Made by a program: the position numbers and the translations under genes. Source: Gammaproteobacteria bacterium (GTDB lineage Bacteria > Pseudomonadota > Gammaproteobacteria > CBDBNL01 > JAAOII01). From it: 64,000 bases of DNA. The stretch lies in NCBI GenBank assembly GCA_965209035.1, contig OZ242372.1, positions 1,824,001 through 1,888,000 of the forward strand, written 5' to 3'. Of the stretch, positions 51,909 to 61,987 are shown one piece after another (position 1 is the stretch's first letter; the number at the start of each line of letters is the position of its first letter). Below the pieces are notes generated by a model. It was given only the letters and a program-made list of their open reading frames with translations. It did no database searches and was not told the origin of the DNA.

Positions 51909-52490
51909 TTACTTCATTCTTTGGGCAACGTACTCCCAGTTCACCAGGTTCCAAATATGTTGCAGGTATTCCGGCCGCCGATTGCGGTAGTCCACATAAT
52001 AGGCATGCTCCCAAACATCGACGCCAAACAAGGCGTTTTTGCCGTTACGCAAAGGGTTATCGGCGTTGGAGCAACTCATTAACTCCAACTTGCCATCCGT
52101 GTTTTGTGCCAGCCATGCCCAGCCGGCACCAAAAGTATTCGCACCGCAGGCTTCAAACGCTTCTTTGAATTGATCCAAACCGCCAAAATCGCGGGCAATG
52201 GCGTCCGCAAGATTCCCCTGAGGTTCGCCACCGCCGTTTGGGGCGAGCATTTTCCAAAATTCACAGTGATTCCAGTGTTGGCCGCCGTTATTGAAAATAG
52301 GCCCCGCAGGTGCCTTTTGAACGAGTTCTTCGAGACCCATATTCTCATACTCCGTCCCTTTGATGAGAGCGTTGAGTTTGGTTACATAGGTTTGATGATG
52401 TTTGGTATGATGCAGCTGCATTGTTTCCTCCGAAATATGAGGAGCAAGAGCCGAATGTGCATAGCCAAGTTCGGGTAATTTGTGTTCCAT
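51909..52490 (-). CDS. sodB: Fe/Mn superoxide dismutase (Fe-type signature residues)
   Basis: HHTKHH, FNNGGQHWNH, SNADNP, DVWEHAYY. Confidence 0.9.
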   Translation of the reverse strand: MEHKLPELGYAHSALAPHISEETMQLHHTKHHQTYVTKLNALIKGTEYENMGLEELVQKAPAGPIFNNGGQHWNHCEFWKMLAPNGGGEPQGNLADAIARDFGGLDQFKEAFEACGANTFGAGWAWLAQNTDGKLELMSCSNADNPLRNGKNALFGVDVWEHAYYVDYRNRRPEYLQHIWNLVNWEYVAQRMK

Positions 52491-52731
52491 AATAATAAGT
52501 TTCTCTTGTAGTTGATAAAAATAATTAAATAAGTAGTATTATTATAACCGAATGTATTGGCAATTCGAGTAATCTTGCCCATTCTTTGAAGGGGATTCAT
52601 CGGGTTTTGTATTTGCTCCAATATTTATTTTGTTTGTTTTAAGGTTTGTTTGCCGCACCAAAAGTTCAAATTTAATCGCAGCATAATAAAATAACAAAGA
52701 TGTTCGTTACATTCTTAAAAAATATGGAAAT

Positions 52732-54015
52732 ATGAAACGATTGATCATCACTATATTAGTTCCGGTTACATCTGTTATAGTACTCGCTTCCCTTGTATTG
52801 TTTTATTCTATCTTGGAGAGCAATAGGATTTTTGTCGGGCAGTATTTGGGCAACAAACTCAAGCATACGGAAGTTCGGAAAATATTTGACGAATTTGAAA
52901 CACAGAGCAATGTCCGATTACAATACAAGTTCTTTTCAAGTAAGGGGGGTGTTCAAAAAGATATTTCAAAAAAGAGGTTGCGGGATGTTTTAATTTACTC
53001 GGCGGGGGTGCGAACAGAGGAACTTGCGGCCGCCGAACGCCTGCTGCCGACAGAGGCTCTGTGGGAAAAATATAAGTTGGACGCTCTTGTCCCCCGGCCG
53101 CTTGCTGCCGTCGGTTTCTATCAAGGCAAACGTTATATGATCCCGTTTGGTTATCATTATTCGGGTATTTTCTACAACATCAAGTTAATGCAAGAAACCG
53201 GTCGGAGCGGACTGCGGGGTACCCGGAATACTCCGGATACTTGGACCCAATTTTTGAATGCCTGCGCCGGATTAAAGTCCAAGGGGATTACGCCGTTTTT
53301 AATTGATGTCCGGGACACGCATTCCGCCCAACTCTGGTTTGACTACATCATTGCCCGCACAGTCGGCGCCGAATTCAGAGAAAGACTAATGAACGGAAAG
53401 ATTTCCTATGCGAACAGGCGGGTGCGCGAAGCGATGTTTTTTTGGCGTGATTTAATAGATTATGATTGTTTTGAGTTGCACCGCGGTTCCGGTGATTTCA
53501 CCGAGGTTGCCGCAAAGGTCGCTCGGGGCAAGGTGGCAATGATCCTGACCGATAGCCGGGTGATTAACTATTGGGATGGCATTGAATTTAAGCAAGGCAC
53601 CGATTACAAATTTTTCCCGTTTCCGTCCATGAGCAGGCATGGGTCGCGTGCGACTGTGGGCTCGGTCGGCGGCTGGCTTGTTTCCGCGGATGTCCGTAAT
53701 AAGAAAAGAATGGAAGACTTCTTATCTTATGTTGCGGCCGATGCCGATACGCAACTGCAATGGAGTCGGGCTGTGGGCATGACCCTGGCGGTTCACCCGC
53801 TGGCAGGCGAAACAGCTTATTCGGATATGAACAAACGAGCCAAAAGAATAGTCGCAAGATCCGATGTTTTTTTACTTAATTATGAACAATCCACACCGTC
53901 TGCGGTTGCCGAGATCGGTCTTTCAATGTTCGGAGAATTCTTGGAAGAACCAAGTGAGTTACATTCTATTTTGGACGAAGCCGCCAAAAAGATTGAAGCG
54001 GAGTTTAAAAAATGA
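52732..54015 (+). CDS. ABC transporter sugar-binding protein (SBP family 1), stand-alone
   Basis: N-terminal hydrophobic anchor; GIFYNIKL, PDTWTQFLNAC..LKSKGITPF, GKVAMIL, FFPFP. Confidence 0.78.
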   Translation: MKRLIITILVPVTSVIVLASLVLFYSILESNRIFVGQYLGNKLKHTEVRKIFDEFETQSNVRLQYKFFSSKGGVQKDISKKRLRDVLIYSAGVRTEELAAAERLLPTEALWEKYKLDALVPRPLAAVGFYQGKRYMIPFGYHYSGIFYNIKLMQETGRSGLRGTRNTPDTWTQFLNACAGLKSKGITPFLIDVRDTHSAQLWFDYIIARTVGAEFRERLMNGKISYANRRVREAMFFWRDLIDYDCFELHRGSGDFTEVAAKVARGKVAMILTDSRVINYWDGIEFKQGTDYKFFPFPSMSRHGSRATVGSVGGWLVSADVRNKKRMEDFLSYVAADADTQLQWSRAVGMTLAVHPLAGETAYSDMNKRAKRIVARSDVFLLNYEQSTPSAVAEIGLSMFGEFLEEPSELHSILDEAAKKIEAEFKK

Positions 54016-54023
54016 CAGGGTGT

Positions 54024-54103
54024 ACAATCTGTCCGCAACTGTCCCGGGTAAAGACCGAATATGTCCGCCAGAGGAATGGCAGTATCTTCCAATGGTGTTA
54101 TAA
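54024..54103 (+). repeat. 80-bp target-site duplication, left copy (right copy 60825-60904)
   Basis: 72/80 identical by manual alignment; abuts inverted repeat. Confidence 0.92.
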
Positions 54104-54143
54104 CTTGACTTCGGAAAGAATTTTTTAGATTTTTAAAAACTCT

Positions 54144-54220
54144 TGTATGATCCCACCGATTTTCGGACTTTTGTTGTTTTTGTAAAAACCGGATCGGCGA
54201 GAGTTGTTAAGGGAAAAACG
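54144..54220 (-). mobile_element. right-end stub of IS481-family element
   Basis: 62/65 identical to 59853-59917; begins with TGT terminus; minus strand encodes QLSPIRFLQK tail. Confidence 0.75.
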
Positions 54221-54422
54221 CGTATCAGCCGGCATAAAAGACCCGGGTGCCTGCCCATAGATTTCGAATAACAGAGATGAGAGGCAGAGACTAAGAATAA
54301 GTTGGAAGTTGGGCCGGCAGCCGTCTTATTTGTCGTGCTCTGCCTTGCCTCGTCCTGTCCCGCCCCGATCTGCCGGTCCGTTCCGGGGCTTCCCGCTTGC
54401 CGGCCTCTCTTACCGGCCCCTC

Positions 54423-57400
54423 TTACCGGCCTTGAGCCGAAAGGCCGCCCGGCAGGCAGTTCAGAGCCGGGTATTGGCTGCTCGTGCCGAGATCCCAGAC
54501 GCGGATGAAACCGAGTGGTTGGGAAGAACTTGTCATTTCCTCGCCCGTGTTCGGGTTGCACCAAGCATTGCCCCAGTCGGCATAGATGCTCCCGGCAAAG
54601 TCGGTCGGCGATTGCAATGCTGTCGTGTTATGACCCTCACCGAAATTACCGTCACTCATAGACTGCATGGTGGTTTGATTGTCCCAATAGGTGGCAATGA
54701 CATTGGTCTCAATATTGGCGCTGCCGATCAATCCGCCGACAGTACCCTCACCTGAAACAAGCCGGGGGCGGCATAAGAATAATTAATTTGAGCTTTTTCT
54801 CCATACCCAACCAGGCCGCCAGCAGCACCATAAGTCTCGCCGCCGCTCCCGGAAACAATTCCGCCGCGCACATAGGCATAGCGAATATCCGCATTCCTAC
54901 CAAACCCAACCAGGCCGCCAACATGAACAAGCCCGGAAACATTTCCGCCGGACACGGACGCATAGCGAATATCCGCACCCTCACCACGCCCAACCAGGCC
55001 GCCAACATAATCCCCGGAAATATCCACACCGGACACGAACGCATAGCGAATATCCGCATTTAGACCATACCCAACCAGGCCGCCAGCTCTATTCTCGAAA
55101 GCATTCCCGGCAACACTTCCGCCGGACACGGACGCATAGCGAATATCCGCATTCTCACCATACCCAACCAGGCCGCCCACACCCACATTAGTGGCATTGC
55201 CTCTGACATCCGCATTCAAGAGATGCAGATTTTGGATATCGCCGGTTAAGGCACCAAACAACCCCACTCCATAGGCAGTATTGTTCGCAGAGATGAACAG
55301 ATCGGCAATACGATAACCCCCGCCGTCAAAGATTCCGGTATAAGAGGTGCAAACATCCACAGCGGAACAAGAGCCGATCGGCTGCCAACCGCTGTCGCTG
55401 AGATTCGTCCAAACAACTTGATTGCCACTGCCCGCGGCATAGGAAGCATCATCACTAAAATTGAACGAGCGAGTTAATTCATAACCCACACAGCCGCCGT
55501 CATCGTCATCCGGGCAGCCCATAGAGCCCACAGAGGTGATCTCGGGGATACGGTCATCATCCTCACCATCGCCGTTCAGATCATCGCGCAGCCGCGCCAA
55601 GTCATCCAAAGTGTGGATCTCTATCAAGCCATTATTATTGTCATCCACATCCTCATCGTTATCCCGACAACCGTCACGGTCATCGTCCGTCCCCGCCGAA
55701 GAAGTCCAGCCGGTAACACCGGTCGGACAAGTATCCGCAAGATCCTCCACACCGTCATTGTCATCGTCATCATCACAGGCATCACCGCCGTCAGCCGCAT
55801 TGTCCGTGTTGGCTTGGTCCGCATTGGCAACCAACGGACAATTATCGTTATCATCATCCCTATCGTCATTGTCATCGTCATCATCACAGGCATCACCGCC
55901 GTCATCCACATTATCCGTGTTGGCTTGGCCCGCATTGGCAACCAACGGACAATTATCGATCGGATCCAGCACGCCATCATTGTCATCGTCCGGATCTTCA
56001 TCTGTGTCGCGACAGCCGTCACCGTCATGGTCCGCGGACGCATTGGAAGTCCAGCCGGTAACACCGGTTGGGCAAGTATCCGCAAGATCCTCCACACCGT
56101 CATTGTCATCGTCCGGATCTTCTATTAAGGTGGTATTCACATCGGTCGTGCAGGCGGCAGATAATCTGTCCGGCATGCCGTCCTCATCCGTGTCGGCACT
56201 CGCACAGGCATCCGTCGGAAACGCATCTACGTCATTCAAGGTATCATCATCGTCAATATCTGTGCCTACACCCGCATCCGCTCCCGTTGTGCCAGACACA
56301 GGAGGTGAGGTCACGATAGTGCCGCTCTCATAACGCACCGCAATCGTGATGTTGTAGGCGGTGTTATTGGTTAAGCCCGTAATGTTGTAGATGACCCGAA
56401 CAAGAGGCGCAACATCCGCCACGGTAGAATTAAGTTCTTTTCTGCCGCCATCGCTCGCATCGTCACTGCGTGTGGTAATAACGAACCTGTCGATATTATC
56501 CGCAGCCGGATTAGTCCAACCCACGAGAATATAATCCGCACCGGCCAGAGTCTGGATATTGGAAACAGCCGGGGAATTCTGAGGAGCGGGAAGGCCTCCC
56601 GGCAGGCAGTTCAGGGTCGGGTATTGGCTGCTCGTGCCGAGATCCCAGACGCGGATGAAACCGAGCGGTTGGGAAGAACTTGTCATTTCCTCGCCGGTGT
56701 TCGGGTTGCACCAGAAGTTGCCCCAGTCGGCATAGATTCCCGTGAAGTCGGTCGGCGATTGTAAGGCTGTCGTGTTATGACCCTCGCCCAAATTACCGGC
56801 ACTCATAGACTGCATGGTGGTTTGATTGTCCCAATAAGTGGCAATGACATCGGTGCCACTATTGGTGATGCCGATCAATCCACCGACAGCACCGGAACCT
56901 GAAACAAGCCCGGGGGCGGCATAAGAATAATTAATTTGAGCTTCTTCCCCATACCCAACCAGGCCGCCAACAGAATTACCCGCATTGTCCTCGCCAACAA
57001 AACTCCCGGAAACACTTCCGCCGGACACGGACGCATAGCGAATATCCGCCCTTCCACCAAACCCAACCAGCCCGCCAGCATAAAAACCTGCCCCGGAAAC
57101 ATTCACACCGGACACGGACGCATAGCGAATATCCGCATTCTCACCATACCCAACCAGGCCGCCAACAAAACTCCCGGCAACACTTCCGCCGGACACGGAC
57201 GCATAGCGAATATCCGCATTTGCACCATTCCCAGCTAGGCCGCCGGCAACATTCCCGGCAACACTTCCGCCGGACACGGACGCATAGCGAATATCCGCAT
57301 CCTGACCATTCCCAACCAGGCCGCCGGCAATACTCCCGGAAACACTTCCGCCGGACACGGACGCATTGTGAATATCCGCATTCTCACCAAACCCAACCAG

Positions 57401-59740
57401 ACCACCGGCAACATTTAGGCGAAATATATTCACGCCGCTAACAAGACGACTCGCCCCGGAAACATTCACACCGTACACGGACGCATAGCGAATATCCGCA
57501 TCCTGACCATTCCCAACCAGGCCGCCGGCAGCAATAATCCCGGCAACACTTCCGCCGGACACGGACGCATAGCGAATATCTGCCCTTCCACCATTCCCAA
57601 CCAGGCCGCCGGCAACAAACCCGGAAACACTTCCGCCGGACATGGACGCATTGCGAATATCCGCATCCTCACCATACCCAACCAGGCCGCCAACAGCATC
57701 ACTCCCGGAAACACTTCCGCCGGACACGGACGCATTGTGAATAGACGCATTCCTGCCATTCCCAACCAGGCCGCCCACATCAGCGGCACCACCACTGACA
57801 TCTGCATTCCGGAGATGCAGATTTTGAATATCGCCGGTTAAGGCACCAAACAACCCCACTCCATAGGCAGTATCGCTCGCAGAGATGAACAGATCTGCAA
57901 TACGATAACCCCTGCCGTCAAAGATTCCGGTATAAGAGGTGCAAACATCCACAGCGGAACAAGAGCCGATCGGCTGCCAACCGCTGCCGGTTGTCCAGAC
58001 AGTCGGGTTGCCACTGCCCGCGGCATAGGAATCATCATCACTAAAATTGAACGAGCGAGTTAATTCATAACCCATACAGCCGCCGTCATCGCCATCCGGG
58101 CAGCCCATAGAACCCACAGAGGTGATCTCGGGGATACGGCCATCATCCGTCCCATCGCCGTTCAGATCATCGCGCAGCCGCGCCAAGTCATCCAAAGTAT
58201 GGATCTCGATCAAGCCATTATTATTGTCATCCACATCCTCATCGTTATCCCGACAACCGTCACGGTCATCGTCCGTCCCCGCCAAAGAAGTCCAGCCGGT
58301 AACACCGGTTGGGCAAGTATCCGCAAGATCCCCCACACCGTCATTGTCATCGTCATCATCACAGGCATCACCGCCGTCAGCCGCATTGTCCGTGTTGGCT
58401 TGGTCCGCATTGGCAACCAACGGACAATTATCGTTCGGATCCGCCTCGCCGTCATTGTCATCGTCCGAATCTTCATCTGTGTCGCGACAGCCGTCACCGT
58501 CATGGTCCGCGGACGCATTGGAAGTCCAGCCGGTAACACCGGTTGGGCAAGTATCCGCAAGATCCTCCACACCGTCATTGTCATCGTCATCATCACAGGC
58601 ATCACCGCCGTCAGCCGCATTGTCCGTGTTGGCTTGGTCCGCATTGGCAACCAACGGACAATTATCGTTCGGATCCGCCTCGCCGTCATTGTCATCGTCC
58701 GGATCTTCTATTAAGGTGGTATTCACATCGGTCCTGCAGCCGGCAGATAAGCTGTCCGGATTGCCGTCCTCATCCGTATCGGTGCTCGCACAGGCATCCG
58801 TCGGAAACGCATCGTCCGTATCCGCCACGCCATCATTGTCATCGTCCGGATCTTCTGTTAAGTTGATATTCACACCGGTCGTGCAGGTGGCAGATAAGCT
58901 GTCCGGATTGCCGTCCTCATCCGTATCGGTACTCGCACAGGCATCTGTCCGGAACGCATCGACCGTATCCGCCACGCCATCATTGTCATCGTCCGGATCT
59001 TCTGTTAAGGTAGTATTCACACCGGTCGTGCAACCGGCAGATAAGCTGTCCGGCTTGCCGTCATTATCCGTGTCGGCACTCGCACAGGCATCCGTCGGAA
59101 ACGCATCTACGTCATTCAAGGTATCATCATCGTCAATATCTGTGCCTACACCCGCATCCGCTCCCGTTGTGCCAGACACAGGAGGTGAGGCCCTCCCGAT
59201 AATGCCGTTCTTATAACGCACCGCAATCGTGATGTGATAGGTGATGTCATTGGTTAAGCCCGTAATGTTGTAGATGACCCGAGCAAGCGGCGCAACATCC
59301 GCCGCGGTAGAATTAAGTTCTTTTGTTATGCCACCATCGCTCGCATCGTCACGGCGTATGGTAATAACGAACCCGTCGATATTATCCGGATCCGGATTAG
59401 TCCAACCCACGAGAATATGATCCTCACCGACCAGAGTCTGGGTATTGGAAACAGCCGGGGAATTCTGAGGAGCGGGATCGCCCGGGGAATTCTGAGGAGC
59501 GGGATCGCCGCCGCCACCGCCGCCACAACCTGTCAGGACCAAACCGAACATACCCGCCAGCAGCACACCGTAAAAACGAGCCGGTATGCGCATCCGTCGT
59601 GCCCTATTGGGTTCGGGAAAAGCCTTAAAGACATTAAAGGCATTAAAAGTATTATTAAGGAGACGCACAGATACCGTGCCTCTTTGTTCGCGGCGCATTG
59701 CTTTCACCGACCGCACAGGAAAAAAATTTAACTGATTCAT
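54423..59740 (-). CDS. giant surface lipoprotein/adhesin: 2x [FN3-like + thrombospondin type-3 Ca-binding repeats + GLUG repeats], 1-bp frameshift near 3' end
   Basis: lipobox LVLTGC; YNITGLTN; DDDNDG/DNCPLVAN.Q repeats; GGLVG..ADIRYASVSGG repeats; module 2 has GCCGGGGG at 54761 where module 1 has GCCCGGGGG at 56908. Confidence 0.85.
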
Positions 59741-59852
59741 TATTTTCTATTGTTTATTATTGTTTTCTGTTATGATTAATGGGAATTAGATACTTTGTGA
59801 CCCATAAAAAAGTAAGTGCCATTATTATTACATTAAAAAGGAGAGTTAGAAG

Positions 59853-60206
59853 TGTATGATCCCACCTATTTTCGGACTTTTTTTATTTTTGTAAAAACCG
59901 GATCGGCGAGAGTTGTTTGAGAGCATAGTGGGGACGTCCGAGATGATACCAAGCCAGCCATGCGATGAACTTGGCGTTGAATGCCGGCATATCCTTTAAA
60001 CAGGAGATGCCGCACATGACAATCGAACTCTTCCCCCAAGGTTATTTTTTAAGGAGCGCGATTGAATCGTTCACAGCGTGCATTCATTTGCGGTTTCCCC
60101 AAAAACAACATAGTATGGGTATACCAGTGGGTGCTGCCGTTTGCTGTCACGACCCGGTGAAAGTCTTTGGCGAACTCACTGCCATTATCGGTGAGGACTT
60201 TCACTG
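59853..60206 (-). mobile_element. IS481-family transposase 3' remnant (integrase core) with right end
   Basis: minus strand reads VKVLTDNGSEFAKDF...PQMNARCERFNR* then, frameshifted, WLAWYHLGRPHYALKQLSP; terminus ...CATACA. Confidence 0.82.
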
Positions 60207-60740
60207 AGCACCGCAGCAATCAACCGGGCGATGCAAGAAATCGGTCTCTATGGCGTGCAGGCCTCGGCAAATATTGACTACCAAGCCGCCCGCATTTACT
60301 ACAAACAACTGTATGCGATTGAACACGGCTTTCGGGATCTCAAAAGCGATCTGCAGATCCGACCGACCTTCCATTGGAAACCCGAGCACATTTCGCCCTC
60401 TGCTATCTGGCGTTTGCCGCCATCCGCCGCTTGCGGTATGTCTCCTCCGCCAACAAAAGCCGGCACCCACCACCGTGTGGACCACCGAAATGCTGCCGTT
60501 CACTGAGCTGGCGGACCGACCGAAGCCGCAGCAAAAAACAAGACCGAGGAAATCGTCACCACCAAGAAGATCCTCAAAGAACTGCGCAACTTCAAAGCAA
60601 CTATCCAACGCAATCCCGTCGGCAACTATTACAGCAGCCCACACCCACTCACATTAGTTTACCTTGGGGGACAGCAGTGCATTCTACAGGCCGTTCAACT
60701 AAAACCCAAACAACTTGCTCTGTTGGATCACAAACACTAA
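60207..60740 (+). pseudogene. IS1634-family DDE transposase C-terminal remnant
   Basis: YKQLYAIEHGFRDLKSDLQIRPTFHWKP, frameshift, RAHFALCYLAF. Confidence 0.85.
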
Positions 60741-60824
60741 GCGCAAGCCAGGGCTGGCAAGGTATAAAAACGGCCCGCAAGCCCTTATAAGATCAAGATT
60801 TTTTAAGAAGTTTCCGAAGTCAAG

Positions 60825-60904
60825 ACAATCTGCCCGCAACTGTCCCGGGTAAAGACCGAATATGTCCGCCGGAGGAATGGCGATATCTTTCGGCGGTGTT
60901 ATAA
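60825..60904 (+). repeat. 80-bp target-site duplication, right copy
   Basis: matches 54024-54103; runs into TGTTATAAT (extended -10-like) upstream of the next gene. Confidence 0.92.
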
Positions 60905-60953
60905 TGAAGCTTATTAAACTTATTTTTTATTTTTATATTTTGTAAAGGAAATT

Positions 60954-61376
60954 ATGAAACTATCTTCTGTTAACTATGTGTCCGCGCTTGTTGCGGCTGT
61001 TGTGGGCTTTGTCTTTGGCTTTATATGGTATAGCCCGTTTTTGTTTGGTGATGTTTGGATGCAAGGGATGAATCTCAATCCGGAATCATTTGCTACCGAC
61101 GGGTTCGTCATTGCCATGGGCGCGAGCCTTGTTCTTAACTTAATTGTCGCGGTGGTGACGGCGGTTTTTGCAAATGCCTTGGGTTGCCGCGGCCTTGGCG
61201 GTGCTGTCTCGCTGAGTTTGTGGCTTGGCGGTGGGATCATTATCGCCAATATGATTGGCGGCTATATTTTTGTCCCCTTTGGTTGGCAAGTTGCCGCGAT
61301 AGACATTGTTTATGTCTTTTTAAGAACGGTTATTTTTTGCCTGTTTGCCTGCCTCTGGACCAAGAAGACCGCATAA
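60954..61376 (+). CDS. DUF1761 family membrane protein
   Basis: VNYVSALVAAVVGFVFGFIWYSPFLFGDVW; four hydrophobic segments; AAGGA RBS. Confidence 0.8.
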   Translation: MKLSSVNYVSALVAAVVGFVFGFIWYSPFLFGDVWMQGMNLNPESFATDGFVIAMGASLVLNLIVAVVTAVFANALGCRGLGGAVSLSLWLGGGIIIANMIGGYIFVPFGWQVAAIDIVYVFLRTVIFCLFACLWTKKTA

Positions 61377-61431
61377 CTTAACTTTCCGCCTTTCCCGTTC
61401 CGGGGTGCGGAGACATCGGCGAACTCCGGAT

Positions 61432-61461
61432 AAAAAGCCGTGAACTTTTCACGGCTTTTTT
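61432..61461. terminator. bidirectional rho-independent terminator
   Basis: AAAAAGCCGTGAA-CTT-TTCACGGCTTTTTT perfect hairpin with A/T tails. Confidence 0.85.
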
Positions 61462-61511
61462 GTTACCGATGTTTTCGGTTGTAAAAGATCCTTGATAAGA
61501 GTTCATACATC

Positions 61512-61929
61512 ATGCAAAAGATTTCTCCCGACCATTCCGACGGGCTGATTCCTCCGTACGGAGGCGCATTAAAAGAGCCCTCACTTTTTTCAAAGGAAGA
61601 GGCAAAAGATACTCTGCACCGGGCATCGCGGGATAAATGGCCGCGTCTGCTACTATGACCCTTTTGCGGCACAGCAGATATTCACTTAAATTCCGCCGGA
61701 TACTTTACGGATTAAGCCGCTCAATATGGATTGGACTTTTTGGTGCTATGCTTGTGAAGGCATGGCGTCCGCCCGGAGTTGTCCGCATTCGGACAAAGAA
61801 AAACTGTTACTGTCCGGGACAAAATTGCGCGAACGACTGAGTGCGGGGGCTGAGGTGCCGCCGCAGTTTAGTCGGCCGGAGGTGTTGGATATTTTGCGTT
61901 CCTATTATGCCGGTTGTAAAAAAGCATAA
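61512..61929 (+). pseudogene. sat: sulfate adenylyltransferase (Sat/ATP sulfurylase) remnant with large internal deletion
   Basis: N-terminal GLIPPYGGALKE joined out of frame to C-terminal [69 protein letters not shown]. Confidence 0.85.
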
Positions 61930-61987
61930 TTTCTTGGATAACGACAACCTCTTTATTTAAAGGAGAGACCGGTCTTTGTTCCGGCTT

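Larger units (their letters stand above)
54104..60824 (+). mobile_element. IS1634-family relic with nested cargo, bounded by perfect 14-bp inverted repeats
   Basis: CTTGACTTCGGAAA (54104-54117) and TTTCCGAAGTCAAG (60811-60824); transposase fragment near right end; 80-bp flanking direct repeats. Confidence 0.85.

Noticed and set aside
55536-59216. Long Ser-rich and Ile/Val-rich + strand ORFs
   Set aside because: Antisense shadows of the Asp-rich repeats on the minus strand
54423-59740. Diversity-generating retroelement or CRISPR array in the repetitive region
   Set aside because: Repeats are in-frame protein repeats; differences between modules are not adenine-specific; no reverse transcriptase, cas genes or repeat-spacer periodicity
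54144-59917. 65-bp direct repeat first read as a target duplication around the lipoprotein gene
   Set aside because: Both copies are the TGT-terminated right end of an IS481-family element, continuous with a transposase remnant at 59918-60206
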